Positions 1 to 11,317 of a stretch of 37,511 nucleotides of DNA are shown piece after piece. A program made the translations under genes and the position numbers. The DNA comes from Octopus sinensis (Eukaryota): NCBI RefSeq assembly GCF_006345805.1, contig NW_021836823.1, positions 1-37,511 on the forward strand. Direction: 5' to 3'. The number at the start of each line of letters is the position of its first letter. Position 1 is the stretch's first letter. The notes under the pieces are model-generated. The model saw only the letters and a list, made by a program, of their open reading frames with translations, searched no databases and was not told the DNA's origin.

Positions 1-1172
1 CAGACAGGTAGAAAGTAAGAAATTGAAATAGAGAGATGAAACAAACTCATACAGACTGAATGACAGCTTGACAGAGAGAAAGATCGACTAACAGACAGAC
101 AGACAGACAGATGAAAATACAGACACCACATAGAACTGGGGACCAAGGCGTGAGTTTTGGAAAGGACTGGAGAGAGTGAGAGATGGAACGAGGGAAATAC
201 GGAGAAAACAGGGATCCAGAATCAAGACAGAGGAAATAGCTAGTAAAATCTATGAATAAATGAAGAACGAATGGAACGAGTGGGTGGGACTGAATGAGAG
301 GAAAGAGGGAGTAATGAATGAGATGAATAAATAAAATGACGGAAATGAGGAAAGTGAAAGCGAAGGAGAGAAATTAATGAGAAGAGGGCAGGAGAGGAGA
401 GTCTGGAGGAAGTGAGTGTAAAGCAATTTAAAGCAAGCCAAACATATGAAAAGAAATTAATTTTGACAACAAATTAAAACTTAACATTGATCAAATATTT
501 GCGAGTGAACGGACGACATATTGTTTGGTCAACAGAGAGTAGTGAGAAGGGCGTTTCTGGACACCTTCTGATAATGTGTTTGCATGAAGATGTATACACG
601 CATGCATATATGTAAACAATATACCTATATATCTATATATATAATATATATATATATTATATATAATATAATATATATATATATAGATAGATAGAAGATA
701 GATAGATTGTGAGAGACGATAGCTAGACGATAGACAGATAGACAGATAGACAGATAGATACACAGATAGACAGGTAGATAGATTAATAGATAGATGGAAA
801 AATAGATAGGATAAAACAGATAGATATACAGAGAGACATATCAACGTATATATATTAAATATCGCATACCACATATATGAAATGCATACATTACATATTA
901 TATATATATATTATATATATATATCTATATATATATGTATGTATGATATATATATATATATCTGTATATATATATATATATATATATATTAACACACACA
1001 TATATATGTATTCTTCATATACATACAACATAATTAATTCGTAGACATAGATAGCGTTTTATATATGATGTATTTATGTGCATATATGCGCATATAGTTA
1101 TGTGTATATATTATCGTCATTTCATATATCTGCTGTTGTCTGTCTCTGTCTGTCTCTCGTTTATATATATAT

Positions 1173-1203
<31 letters not shown>

Positions 1204-1559
1204 CTATACTTGTATAAGCATACGTACTCACATAGGCACATATGTATGTACATACGTGTCAACATATAATGTATACGATAATTTTTATCGTGATAGTGGG
1301 GAAACGTGGTAAGAGTAATGTCATAAAGACGCAAAATATAACACAAAGAGAATGTGTGTGCATATGTGTATTTAATATATATATATATATATATATTGTA
1401 TGTATATATCTGTAAACATATATGTGTATGTGTATATATAAATATATATATATATATTCATATGTGTGTGTCTATGTATTTCTATGTATATACGTAGATG
1501 TGTATATATATGTATATCATATGAATTTATACATGTGTGTATATACGTACACACACACA

Positions 1560-1592
<33 letters not shown>

Positions 1593-1804
1593 GTATATAT
1601 AGTGTAAGATAGAGTAAACACGTTTATGAGAAAGAAAGGAAAGAGAGACCAATTGAAAAAGGAAAGAAACTTGGGGATATAAAGATACATATAAATAGAT
1701 AGGAATAGAGAAAAACGATGTAGGAGAATATCGGGCGGCGAACAATTTTTGAGCTTGCAATCTAATTTCGAGACCATTGGTGTCTGTGTGTCTTAAAATG
1801 TCTG

Positions 1805-1890
1805 CCACTTCCGTTCAACGGAACGATTCGACGCTCTAAATTTGATCAATGCCATCATGACGTCACCCACGCATTATCTTTACACGTGGT
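1805..1890. promoter_or_regulatory. CpG-enriched motif cluster (paired ETS-like sites, CRE, E-box)
   Basis: TTCCGTT-C-AACGGAA 1809-1823; TGACGTCA 1858-1865; CACGTG 1883-1888. Confidence 0.3.
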
Positions 1891-1959
1891 AGGTAAACAA
1901 ACTCGCCTTGTCATTCGTACTCGGGCGAACAAACATATATCTTCGTCGACATCACCAGC

Positions 1960-2990
1960 GCCACAGCCACAACCACACAACCACACAACCACAACCACAA
2001 CCACCACACCAGGTCGTCCATTGCTAGTAATAGCAAACAGTATCACCAGTAACATTCGCGCCTCCAAGCATCTTCGCTCCGCTACCTCCATCGCCACCAC
2101 CACCACCACCACCACCATCACCACCACCATCGCAACTACCACCACCATCACTACCGCCAACAACAACAATTACAAGACAAACTCTGCAGGAAGGACACCA
2201 TCACTGTCGCTATTGTACACTTGAAAATAACAAAGAAAAAAAGAAAAGAAACAAACAAAAAAATCATTCCCGTTTTCACCACTACCACCGCCACCATCAC
2301 CATTACGACCACTACGAGCCACTGCCGACACCACTTTATCTTCGTTGTGTTTACCATTAACGTCATCATCACGATTATTGGCATCATCGTCATTATCAGC
2401 TTCGACTAAAGATGTCATTCTTTTCGTCGTCGCCGTCATCATCATCATCATCATCATCTTCACCATCATCATCATCGCTGTCGTCGTCATCGTCATCATC
2501 ATCAACAGCATCATCACCGTCAACGTCATCATCATCATCAGCAGCATCGTTAGCATCATCATCATCATCTGCAGCAGCAGCAGAAGCAAGGCATCAGCGT
2601 TTACATCGCCAACACCACACCCTCAACTATACCATCCACACTTCTACCATGATAATAAGCCTGATAACCATCACCACCACCACCACATCATCATAAACCG
2701 GCTCCTCTATCAACACCACCACCACCATCACCACCATCACCACCATCATCATCAACACCACCACCACCACCACCATTATAATTATCTCCACCATAGTCGT
2801 TGTCTTTGTACTGTCATTGCTGTCTTCGACGACGTCGTCATTGTCGTCGCCGTCGTCATCTTCATCGTTATGACCATCATGCTCATCTCTATCAGCATTA
2901 TCCTCATCACCATCAACGCCGTCATCATCATCATCATCATCATCATCATGGTCAGCATAAGTAGCGACTGCATCCTTTGCCTCATCACCT
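1960..2990. repeat. Compound trinucleotide tract (CAC/CAT/CGT/CAG)
   Basis: Directly visible; explains the poly-T/I/H/S/M ORFs. Confidence 0.95.
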
Positions 2991-3563
2991 TTGGTAAATG
3001 ATTATGTCAGCTACATCTAGACTGTCTCCAACAACTGTCTTCACATTTCCTCGGGGAAGCAATAATTTTTGTTCCAAGACTGGTGCTGCTGCCGCTGCTC
3101 TAGTGTTTACGTTTACGCTTCACATTTCGTTCCCTTAGTCGTTGACTTCATTTTTTCCTAGTCGCAGACGAGGTTACCAATATGAGTCCAGATGTCATTT
3201 GCTATGTTTAAACAGAGCAATACCGTCCTGCTACACATCAGCCCTGGAACGAACACTTGGCCAAATACGTTCTATTTTTTGTTGACGTCAACACTGAACA
3301 CAGCCTCCAAGAATCGTTTAGTCAATTATACACCATCAATATAAACCTCGAATTTTCTTTCATTCACATACATAGCAGCGTAGGTCATTTTCTAATTATT
3401 TGCATTGGTTACTGATAAACTCTAGGTTATCCTGTTGATACCTGCACTCTACCTATATAGTTTGCCTGCACACATTGCCCGAGGATAAACACGATTAATG
3501 GATATAGATAATATATGCGGATATTTTATCCCTTAGTCGTTATTATAACCGCTAAACTGTTTA

Positions 3564-3599
<36 letters not shown>

Positions 3600-3690
3600 A
3601 TAATATATATATATACATACATACATACAAAATATGCGTGTGTGCGCGTGCACGCGCGATATCATGTATTATATATATATATATATATTA

Positions 3691-3721
<31 letters not shown>

Positions 3722-3810
3722 CACACACACACATACATTGAGATTTTTAACCTCCTGTAAGCTGGAATTTTAGCACGAGCTGATATTTAAGTACCATTTA
3801 AGCTGATAAT

Positions 3811-4038
3811 TAAGGCGGCGAGCTGGCAGAAACATTAGCACGCTGGGCGAAATGCTTAGCGGTATTTTGTCTGCCGCTACGTCCTGAGTTCAAATTCTGC
3901 CGAGGTCGACTTTGCCTTTGATCCTTTCGAGGTCGATTAAATAAGTACCCGTTACGCACTGGGGTCGATATAATCCGTTTGTCTGTCCTTGTTCGTCCCC
4001 TCTGTCTGTAGCCCCTTGTGGGCAGTAAAGAAACAAGA
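3811..4038 (+). mobile_element. tRNA-headed SINE family 1, full length
   Basis: TAAGGCGGCGAGCTGGCAGAA head, B-box-like GAGTTCAAATTC, central GTCGACTTTGCCTTT..TCCTTTCG.GGTCGAT domain (which I recall from MetaSINE-type elements, unverified), 3' end CCCCTTGTGGG..TAAAGAAA. Flanked by a 19/20 direct repeat (3778-3797, 4039-4058). Multiple copies in the window. Confidence 0.85.
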
Positions 4039-4074
4039 AGCTAATATTTAAGTACCATACTTTAAAACATAATT

Positions 4075-4170
4075 AAGTACTGTGCTAGAATCGTTCGACT
4101 GAACACCTCAAGGATTTGCTCCAGGATGGCCGCAGTCTGATAACTGAAACAACTAAATCAATAAAAGATA
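4075..4170 (+). mobile_element. SINE family 2, 3' fragment
   Basis: GCTCCAGGATGGCCGCAGTCTGATAACTGAAACAA matches the 3' end of 16517-16980. Confidence 0.6.
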
Positions 4171-4825
4171 TAACATGTCTTTGAAGCTTTTCATCTACCG
4201 TAGCATCTGTCATATTTTGGCGCAATCCTAAACTAGGCAACTGATAAATGAGGGCAAATTATGAACTTAAATATATGTCCGATAATTAGTATATATGAAT
4301 GTACAGAAGGACTTTATTTAAAGCTGTCCCGCCCGACACATTGATATATCTACCAAATCAAGTGAAATTGATTAAAAACATATTTTGACACATTACTGTC
4401 AAAGAAAGTAAGGTATCTTACCTGAAACATAGAGGTATCACCAACAGCCGGATAGCAACATGACAGGCTGCTGCCAAGTGAACGACGCGTTAATGTCGTG
4501 TGTTTCTTTCGCCTACTGATCATCTTATCAATTAGATTAATGAGTGAAGCCATAATATTTAAAAGACAGAATGACACGGGCCTCAGGTGTTCTGCATCTG
4601 TACTATTACCTTATTCTCCAAGATAGCGATAGGGACATACGTGTGTGCATGTGTACGTGTGTGTGGTGTGGTGTGTGTGTTGGTGTGTGTGTGTGTGCTT
4701 TGTGGTTGTGTGTGTGGTTGCATTTCATTTTATCTATGTGTATATAGAAACCTATAAAGATATAATGGATATAGTGTGCCCAGATTGTATGTACATAATA
4801 TATCCATGTATAGATATGTATGTAA

Positions 4826-4884
<59 letters not shown>

Positions 4885-4968
4885 GATATATAGATATATT
4901 ATATATACCCAACACACACATATATACATCTATATTATATACATCTATCTATCTATATATATAAATAT

Positions 4969-5007
<39 letters not shown>

Positions 5008-5024
5008 CACACACACACACAACA

Positions 5025-5064
<40 letters not shown>

Positions 5065-5657
5065 CACACACACAATATATATTATATATATATATATATA
5101 AATATATATACATACATACATACATATATGTATATTAAACAAATATGCACGTATATTATTCACTATATAAACAATGAAAGAAAAAACAAATGAAAAGTTT
5201 CACAGACTAAATAGATCTCAATACAAGGCTTGAAAATTTGATACCGAAATAAACAGACACAGTACATGAGTGCAAAACTATTTCTGAATTATTTCCTTAA
5301 GATTGTGTGCTATTGGCTACTTATTTATACGAAAATGTCCATATACGCCAGTTGCTAATTTATGATAGGTCGTATATATACGTACATATCCGTAGTGGTA
5401 CGAGAGAAACGCATCGTATGACACAAGTGTTCCGCAATTAAGGCAATGTCCCATTAAAGCTACTCGCAAAGGTATATAAACTCTTTCACAAACATAGCAT
5501 CAACCGCCCGAAATCCAATATTTTCTTACGAAATTATAATTATATTCTATAATCTGTTCAAGTTTTATCATCGCATTGTTTCCTCCTCCCTCCCTCACAC
5601 ACTCATACACACTCACACACACACACACCACACACACATACACACATATATATATAT

Positions 5658-5724
<67 letters not shown>

Positions 5725-5780
5725 TTAATGTGAGTTTCGTGGTATATATTATTAGTACTGGTCGTGCGTAGCAACCCTCA

Positions 5781-5811
5781 GTTATTTTCCAGGTGACGGC
5801 TGGAAAATAAC
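5781..5811. other. Perfect 12-bp stem hairpin at the truncated end of the PLE fragment
   Basis: GTTATTTTCCAG-gtgacgg-CTGGAAAATAAC. Confidence 0.8.
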
Positions 5812-5887
5812 ATGTATTTTTCGATGTTGTCGTTGTTCTTTTTGTCGTTGTTGCTGTTATTATTATTTATTATTATTATTATTATTA

Positions 5888-5925
<38 letters not shown>

Positions 5926-5932
5926 TATTATT

Positions 5933-5983
5933 GAGTTGACTGCTTGGAATCAAACTCGCTCTTAACCACTAAGCCATATGCCC
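5933..5983 (-). other. tRNA-like segment (A-box and degenerate B-box) in the PLE 3' region
   Basis: Minus strand reads GGGCATATGGCTTAGTGGTTAAGAGC-GAGTTTGATTCCAAGCAGTCAAC. A-box TGGCTTAGTGG, B-box-like GAGTTTGATTCC. The anticodon arm seen in the 9.2-kb copy is absent here. Not a functional tRNA. Confidence 0.55.
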
Positions 5984-6012
5984 GTGGGCAAATATGGAGT
6001 GAATTTTAGGGC

Positions 6013-6370
6013 TTATAGATCTAATATTTTCCTATCCTTCCTTAATACCGGTTCCCATAAGCTCCTCATATTTGCACTCGGTCTGCTTAGGAGGTTGTTG
6101 TACCCTAGCATATGTGCTGCTTCTTTTAGTTTCGTATTTTCCAGTGGTGTTCTCTGTCTATTATTTTTGCTACATCCCACAGTAGGAGTGGTCTCCATTT
6201 TCCCATTCATGATCAACTATACCCGAATTTATCAATATCTCCTCTTGTCGCAGCTTTGCGATGTTCGTCTACCCTTATTTTGAGGGGACGCATATTTCGC
6301 CCTTGTAATACCTACCACAGATGCATGGGATGGAGTACACGCAGTCTTTGGCCATATTCTTTTCTATAGG
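6013..6370 (-). pseudogene. Frameshifted GIY-YIG endonuclease coding remnant of a Penelope-like retroelement
   Basis: Motifs VYSIPCICG, YKGE, RVDEHRK and RKLKEAAH are present. The C-terminal part is in supplied ORF 6013..6216, which ends at TAA 6013-6015. Confidence 0.8.
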
Positions 6371-6371
6371 T

Positions 6372-6718
6372 GGAAACTACAGAACCCCTGAAACGATCGG
6401 AGAGAACGTTATAGACTAAATCATTAGCGTGTAAATATTCTCTAAGGGTTTTATGCCATCACTATCTTGGGCAGAATTTTAAGCAACCCTAAATTTCCCT
6501 GCATCATCGATATCCCATTGGGGAAACTACAAAGACACCTAAAACAGCAGGGAGAACGGTATAGGCTAAAACATTATCTTGTAAGTATTCTTTAAACAAG
6601 CACGGAGAATGTTATAGATGCTGGTGAAACATATTAGCCTTCGAGTGATGTCTATGGTTTTTATAACATCACTATATTGGGCGCAATTCTAAGCAATCCT
6701 AACTTGCCCTAATTCATC
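6372..6718. repeat. Degenerate tandem repeat, ~150-bp period, about 2.5 units
   Basis: GGAAACTAC at 6372 and 6522; GGAGAAC/T.TTATAG three times; CATCACTAT.TTGGGC..AAGCAA.CCTAA twice. Confidence 0.7.
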
Positions 6719-6931
6719 ATCAGCATAATCCTCATACTCGTCTGCATCCTCGTGTTTATTATCGACGTCATCATCACCAAAACTGTCATCAATACAATGC
6801 CATTCGTTATTAGCATTTGGTTTTATTACTGGTTCCCAAATAATTGGAATTAAATGGATATAAGTAGGGTAACGAAGATACAGAAAACGTAAAATGTTAT
6901 AATAGACTTACGTCCTCATATAATCACATAC

Positions 6932-6975
<44 letters not shown>

Positions 6976-7273
6976 ACACTCGTACATACTGACTTGAAAT
7001 ACAATAAATGCAAACATTCCCTCTTTACACACAAGGATATGTGGGTGTGGGTGCGTGGGCGTGTGGGTGCTGGTGCATGTGTAGGGGGGTGTATTTGTTA
7101 GTGTGTGTATTTGCGAATGTGCATATAGGAAAAAATACACATATCTGGATATATAGAAGGTGTGTGTATATATTATATATACATATATATATACATACAT
7201 ATATATATATACATATAATATATATATAATATATATGTATTTATATATATATATATATATACCATAATAATAT

Positions 7274-7325
<52 letters not shown>

Positions 7326-7506
7326 GAATGTATATATATATATATATATATATATCTATATATATATATATGCGATATATATGTAAGTGTATGCATGCGT
7401 GTGAATGTTTGTATATATGTATATTTAATGTATAAAATATGTATACTTACGTAAATATATATATATATATTATATATATGTGTATATATATATACATATA
7501 TATTTC

Positions 7507-7542
<36 letters not shown>

Positions 7543-8861
7543 CGTATGTATGTATCTATCTTTGCACGTCTTTATACTGTCATAGGCATCATATAACGAA
7601 CGATGACAGCTCGTTTTCAAAATAAGATATTTCATGTTTTTCACAGTTACAAGTTTATGTATATATTGTACGTGTACGTACGTGTGTGTAGGTGTGTGTT
7701 TATGTGTGTGCGTGTGTCTGTTTGCGTGTTCCCTTTCTTTTGTTTTTGTTCTCATTTGTTTGTTTTGCTTTATTTTACTTGTAAATTGTTTACCTTATTT
7801 AATCTTTATTCTTTGATGCTACTTCGGATTGAAATTTTTAGCTTAGATCTTCCTTTTATCCGTCTGTCAACTAGAATCTATCTTAATCCTGTTTCTGTGG
7901 CATAAGGATTCATTTAACAGAATCTCTGTAAAAGCCACTCGCTAACACATTGATTAGATCGCTCATTTAACAGGGTTATTTTATTGCAGTTATTCAACGA
8001 ACTACACACAGAAACACAAGCAAAACTAAACTAAAACAGAAAAAAGAAACCAAAAACGAAAGCAAAAAGAATCGAACGTGAACAAGATATATAAAGGAGT
8101 AACAAAATGAGAGAAAAGAAAATAAGGAGGAGGTTTAAATAAAGACATAAAAATTGAAAGAAAAAATGGAAATAAGATTTACATGAAGAAGGAAAAATAT
8201 GAAAAGAAACGTTTTCATTTGGTTCGGTTTTCGCCATTATGCAAACGTATCTTGCTAGAATATTTTGGTATTGTTATGTGGAGAAGTGGTAATGTTTGTT
8301 TGTTTGTTCGTTAAAGAATGTTCGCTACACAGTGTTTGTAAGATTTTAAGGATTTTTTCCTTGCTTCTTTTCGTTTAAGTAGGTTGCTTTTCCTTTCCTA
8401 CCATTACCCCGCTTTCAACTATCGCCCAATAAACCTCTCTTCTACCGCTGTGTCGCATACGTATGAAAATTAACCACCCACTGGCGGATGACTCTTTCTC
8501 TATCGTACTCATAAATGATGTAGTTAACATGAAAATACACTGTTGCTTATCAATTCCCTGGGACAATTTATCTCTCCCAGCATGAATGTTGGTTCCGTCA
8601 GCGCCCCAAGACCGATTTAGTCAAACACATCGGTAATAATTCAGACAGAAGATTCCAGCCATGTGAGGCACTCTAAAATATTTTGTCCGAGGGATAGGAT
8701 TCTAGTTTGTTATTCTAGATATTGAGAGAAAAGACTCATGGAATATATAATTATCTTAATAGTTTTAAATTTGTTTTATATTTAGTGTGGTTTTACAGCG
8801 ATGGTTTTCTGTGTTTTAACCCTTGGTACACCCGTTCAATCATCCGTTCAAGCAAACCTGT

Positions 8862-9118
8862 TCTATATTTAAAAGATGAGGAATTATGTACATTATTTAC
8901 ATTTGATGGATATTTTTCTTCTTCTTGTTTGTTGTTAACACAACGTTTCGTTTGATATACTCTCCAGCCTTCTTCAGGTGTCTTGGGGAAATTTCGAACC
9001 TGGATTCTCGTTCCTACGGTATTTTTCGATGTTATTATTATTATTATAATTATTATTATTGTTGTTGTTGTTGTTGTTGTTATCATCATCATCATCATCA
9101 TTCTTCTTCTTCTTCATC

Positions 9119-9185
<67 letters not shown>

Positions 9186-9247
9186 TGGGTCACTGCCTGG
9201 AATCTTGGGGTTAGTAGCGCGCGCTCTTAACCACTACGCCATATGCC
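8862..9247 (-). mobile_element. Short non-autonomous PLE-derived element: tRNA-like head, triplet tract, PLE tail with hammerhead motif
   Basis: Head GGCATATGGCGTAGTGGTTAAGAGCGCGCGCTACTAACCCCAAGATTCCAGGCAGTGACC (9247-9188), then an (AAT)/(AAG)/(GAT)/(AAC) tract, then AACATCGAAAAATAC, all shared in order with the endonuclease-bearing copy at 5814-5983. The tail contains CTGAAGA...GAAAC. Confidence 0.7.
8937..8982 (-). ncRNA. Minimal type I hammerhead ribozyme motif (PLE type), stem II damaged
   Basis: GACAC|CUGAAGA-A|GGCUG gagaguauau CAAAC|GAAA-CG-U-U|GUGUU. Stem I is GACAC/GUGUU, the core is intact, stem III is the loopless palindrome ACGU and the cleavage triplet is GUU. The inverted copy at 9245 shows the intact ..GCC-GAAAC stem II end. 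Confidence 0.6.
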
Positions 9248-9314
9248 GAAACGTTGTGTTAACAACAAACAAGATGAGGACAAATATCTGTCAAATGTAA
9301 ATAATGTAAATAAT
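9245..9314 (+). mobile_element. Inverted, 5'-truncated copy of the PLE tail
   Basis: Reverse complement of 8882-8950 with about 6 differences in 69 nt. Confidence 0.8.
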
Positions 9315-9389
9315 TTGAGGAAACCTATTAGCATCTCCTTTTTAATCCGGAGATATTTTATTCTAAGTCTATGTTGAGCTATATTTCTC

Positions 9390-9680
9390 TTTTCTTCTTT
9401 CACTTGTTTCAGTCATTTGACTACGGCCATACTGGAGGATCATCTTTAGTCGAAGAAATCAACCCCAGGACTTATTATTTATCAATCTAGCGCTTAGTCT
9501 ATCAGTCTGTTTTGCCGAACCGCTAAGTTATATACGACGGTCTTTTTTCAGTTTCCATCTTGCAGATCTGCTCACAAGGCTTTGGCCGGCCCGAAGCTAC
9601 AATAGAAGGCACTTGCCCAAGAAGCTACTCAGTAGGACTGAACCCGGAGTCATCTGACTGGGAAGCGACCTTCATTAACT
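9390..9680 (-). mobile_element. SINE family 2 with internal deletion
   Basis: TTTCAGTCATTTGACTACGGCCAT..TTTTGCCGAACCGCTAAGTTA|TATACGACGG..CTCACAAGGCTTTGG..CACTTGCCCAAG. Confidence 0.75.
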
Positions 9681-9894
9681 AATCGACAATAGCATAATGA
9701 ACGCTTGATTCTTAATTGTAGAAGTGTTAGTTATCGTGTAAAGATTTCATTATCGTTCTGAGTAGCACTGTTTTACGCCCATTTTGCTTTAGCCAACCAT
9801 ATTCAACTAAGTGTTCTTTCCTATATATGAGCCTGTTATTACATCCTATTGTAAAACCTTGCCTGTAATATGGTATTTATTGCATTCAAGGTTA

Positions 9895-10010
9895 CCCACA
9901 CAAGACTATAATTTCAGGGAAGATTTAAGTCGATTACATCAAACCCACTGCTCAACATTTATTTTATCGACCCTGAATGAAAGGCGAAGACGACCTCGGC
10001 GCCATTTGAA
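9895..10010 (-). mobile_element. SINE family 1 fragment
   Basis: Minus strand GCCGAGGTCGTCTTCGCCTTTCATTCAGGGTCGATAAAAT...GTAATCGACTTAA. Confidence 0.65.
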
Positions 10011-10278
10011 TATTATTTAATTACACATTGAAAAGGTAATTGCACAAATGTTGAAACAGGATAGTTTTGTGGTGCCGCCTGCACGGTGTGTTGTAGTTAA
10101 ATGAGTGTGAAAACATTGTCGTCAATGAAAGACTTATGGCAAAACCTGCTTCGGAAGATATAATGAATATTATATTGATCTTTATAAATATCAATTTATT
10201 TTCGTATTGCAAAACTAAGGGATGGTCTTAGATTGCATATTAAACATATGCACTACATGTTTGGTCTTTACTTCAGCC

Positions 10279-10822
10279 TTATTATTATTGTTATTATTAT
10301 TATTGAGTGAGAGAGCAGCGCATGCCATCAAAGTAACACTGTGGTAAAATATAGGAAGCCCAGTATACCCATAATGACTAAACCTCTGATAAGGGCACAC
10401 CAGGCTCATGCAGCACAACCATATGTGCGTGACATAGTGATCTCATATGTAAATAAACAGCGCATGGTATTGCAGTTGGGCCTCAGAATTTTCTTCTGGT
10501 CGAGTAACCCATCCCGCTCAAAAGGTCCCTGAATAGGGGTTGTTTAAGAATGATGTATAAAACACCCATCTTTCCAAAGGTGAATTATTCAATCCCCACC
10601 CAAATTCCTCTCAACACATGGCTATTATGCCCCCTCCCCACTACTTCTGCTCATGATCAGAGAAGCACATATCAGCCACTATGGTACATGCTCAGGTGGT
10701 TAAGGTCAAGCAACGGACAAGCAATCTGCTTATTGAGCAGAATATTTGTTGTAGCCCATCTTTTATACCAAGACAAAACAATGTACATGGTAACTCTTGA
10801 GAGCCCCTGCCTGGTTCTGCAT
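10279..10822 (-). mobile_element. ~540-bp non-coding interspersed element with (AAT)n tail, copy 1
   Basis: Collinear with 27879-28414 (e.g. identical TAGCCCATCTTTTATACCAAGACAAAACAATGTACATG). (ATT)n on both flanks. Confidence 0.8.
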
Positions 10823-11160
10823 ATTATTATTATTGCTGTTGTTGTTGTTTTTTAAAGCTCTTTCGTAACACATACTGTGGCCTATTCATCGACTCTTTAT
10901 CACAGGTGTCTCCTCTCGTTTGAGACGGGTGGGATAACCTGCGCGCAGATACATTTTTGTCTTTCGAAAATTATAGTGTCGCTTACAATGCGTTGCTTAC
11001 CCATGCTTTTTAATTGCCTTGAATTAAGCTTTGTAAGTGCTTGACTAGAAGAAGCTTGTTGCATAGCATTTGAGAAGTGTTTTCAACGTTTTTCAATGAT
11101 GGCAGCTGAATCAAACGCACTGTAGTTCGTTGTAGGATATCTGTATATTTGTATGACAAT

Positions 11161-11317
11161 CAAACCAAATTTTCATCATTTCGAACCACTCCACCAATGA
11201 GTATATCTGCCAAATTTGGTGAAAATCCGTCCAGCCGTTTTCAAGTAATTTTGCAAACACACAGACTAGACGAGTGATTACAATACCCTGCTTTCGCTTA
11301 CGTGCACATGGTAATAA
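11161..11317 (+). mobile_element. Possible Helentron/HINE (DINE-1-like) non-autonomous element 3' part
   Basis: CCAAATTTGGTGAAAATCCGTCCAGCCGTTTT..ACACACAGAC..GATTACAATACCC resembles motifs I recall from these elements. Single copy, not verified. Confidence 0.4.

Larger units (their letters stand above)
5814..6370 (-). mobile_element. Penelope-like element 3' fragment: GIY-YIG endonuclease remnant, tRNA-like segment, (AAT)n and start of terminal tail
   Basis: Minus-strand translation across about 4 frameshifts gives PIEKNMAKDCVYSIPCICGRYYKGEIC/RPLKIRVDEHRKAATRGDIDKF/GIVDHEWENGDHS/LLWDVAKIIDREHHWKIR/KLKEAAHMLGYNNLLSRPS..., matching the VYxIPCxCGxxYxGETxRxLxxRxxEH pattern of PLE GIY-YIG domains. 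The 15-mer at 5814-5828 is identical to 9019-9033. Confidence 0.85.

Noticed and set aside
3180-3390. Faint RTE/LINE-like peptide on the minus strand (MYVNERKFEVYIDGV)
   Set aside because: Too short and interrupted to distinguish from chance.
5933-9247. tRNA-like heads as real tRNA genes
   Set aside because: Each has a deletion (anticodon arm or T-arm/B-box) and no closed acceptor stem; both are embedded in retroelement sequence.
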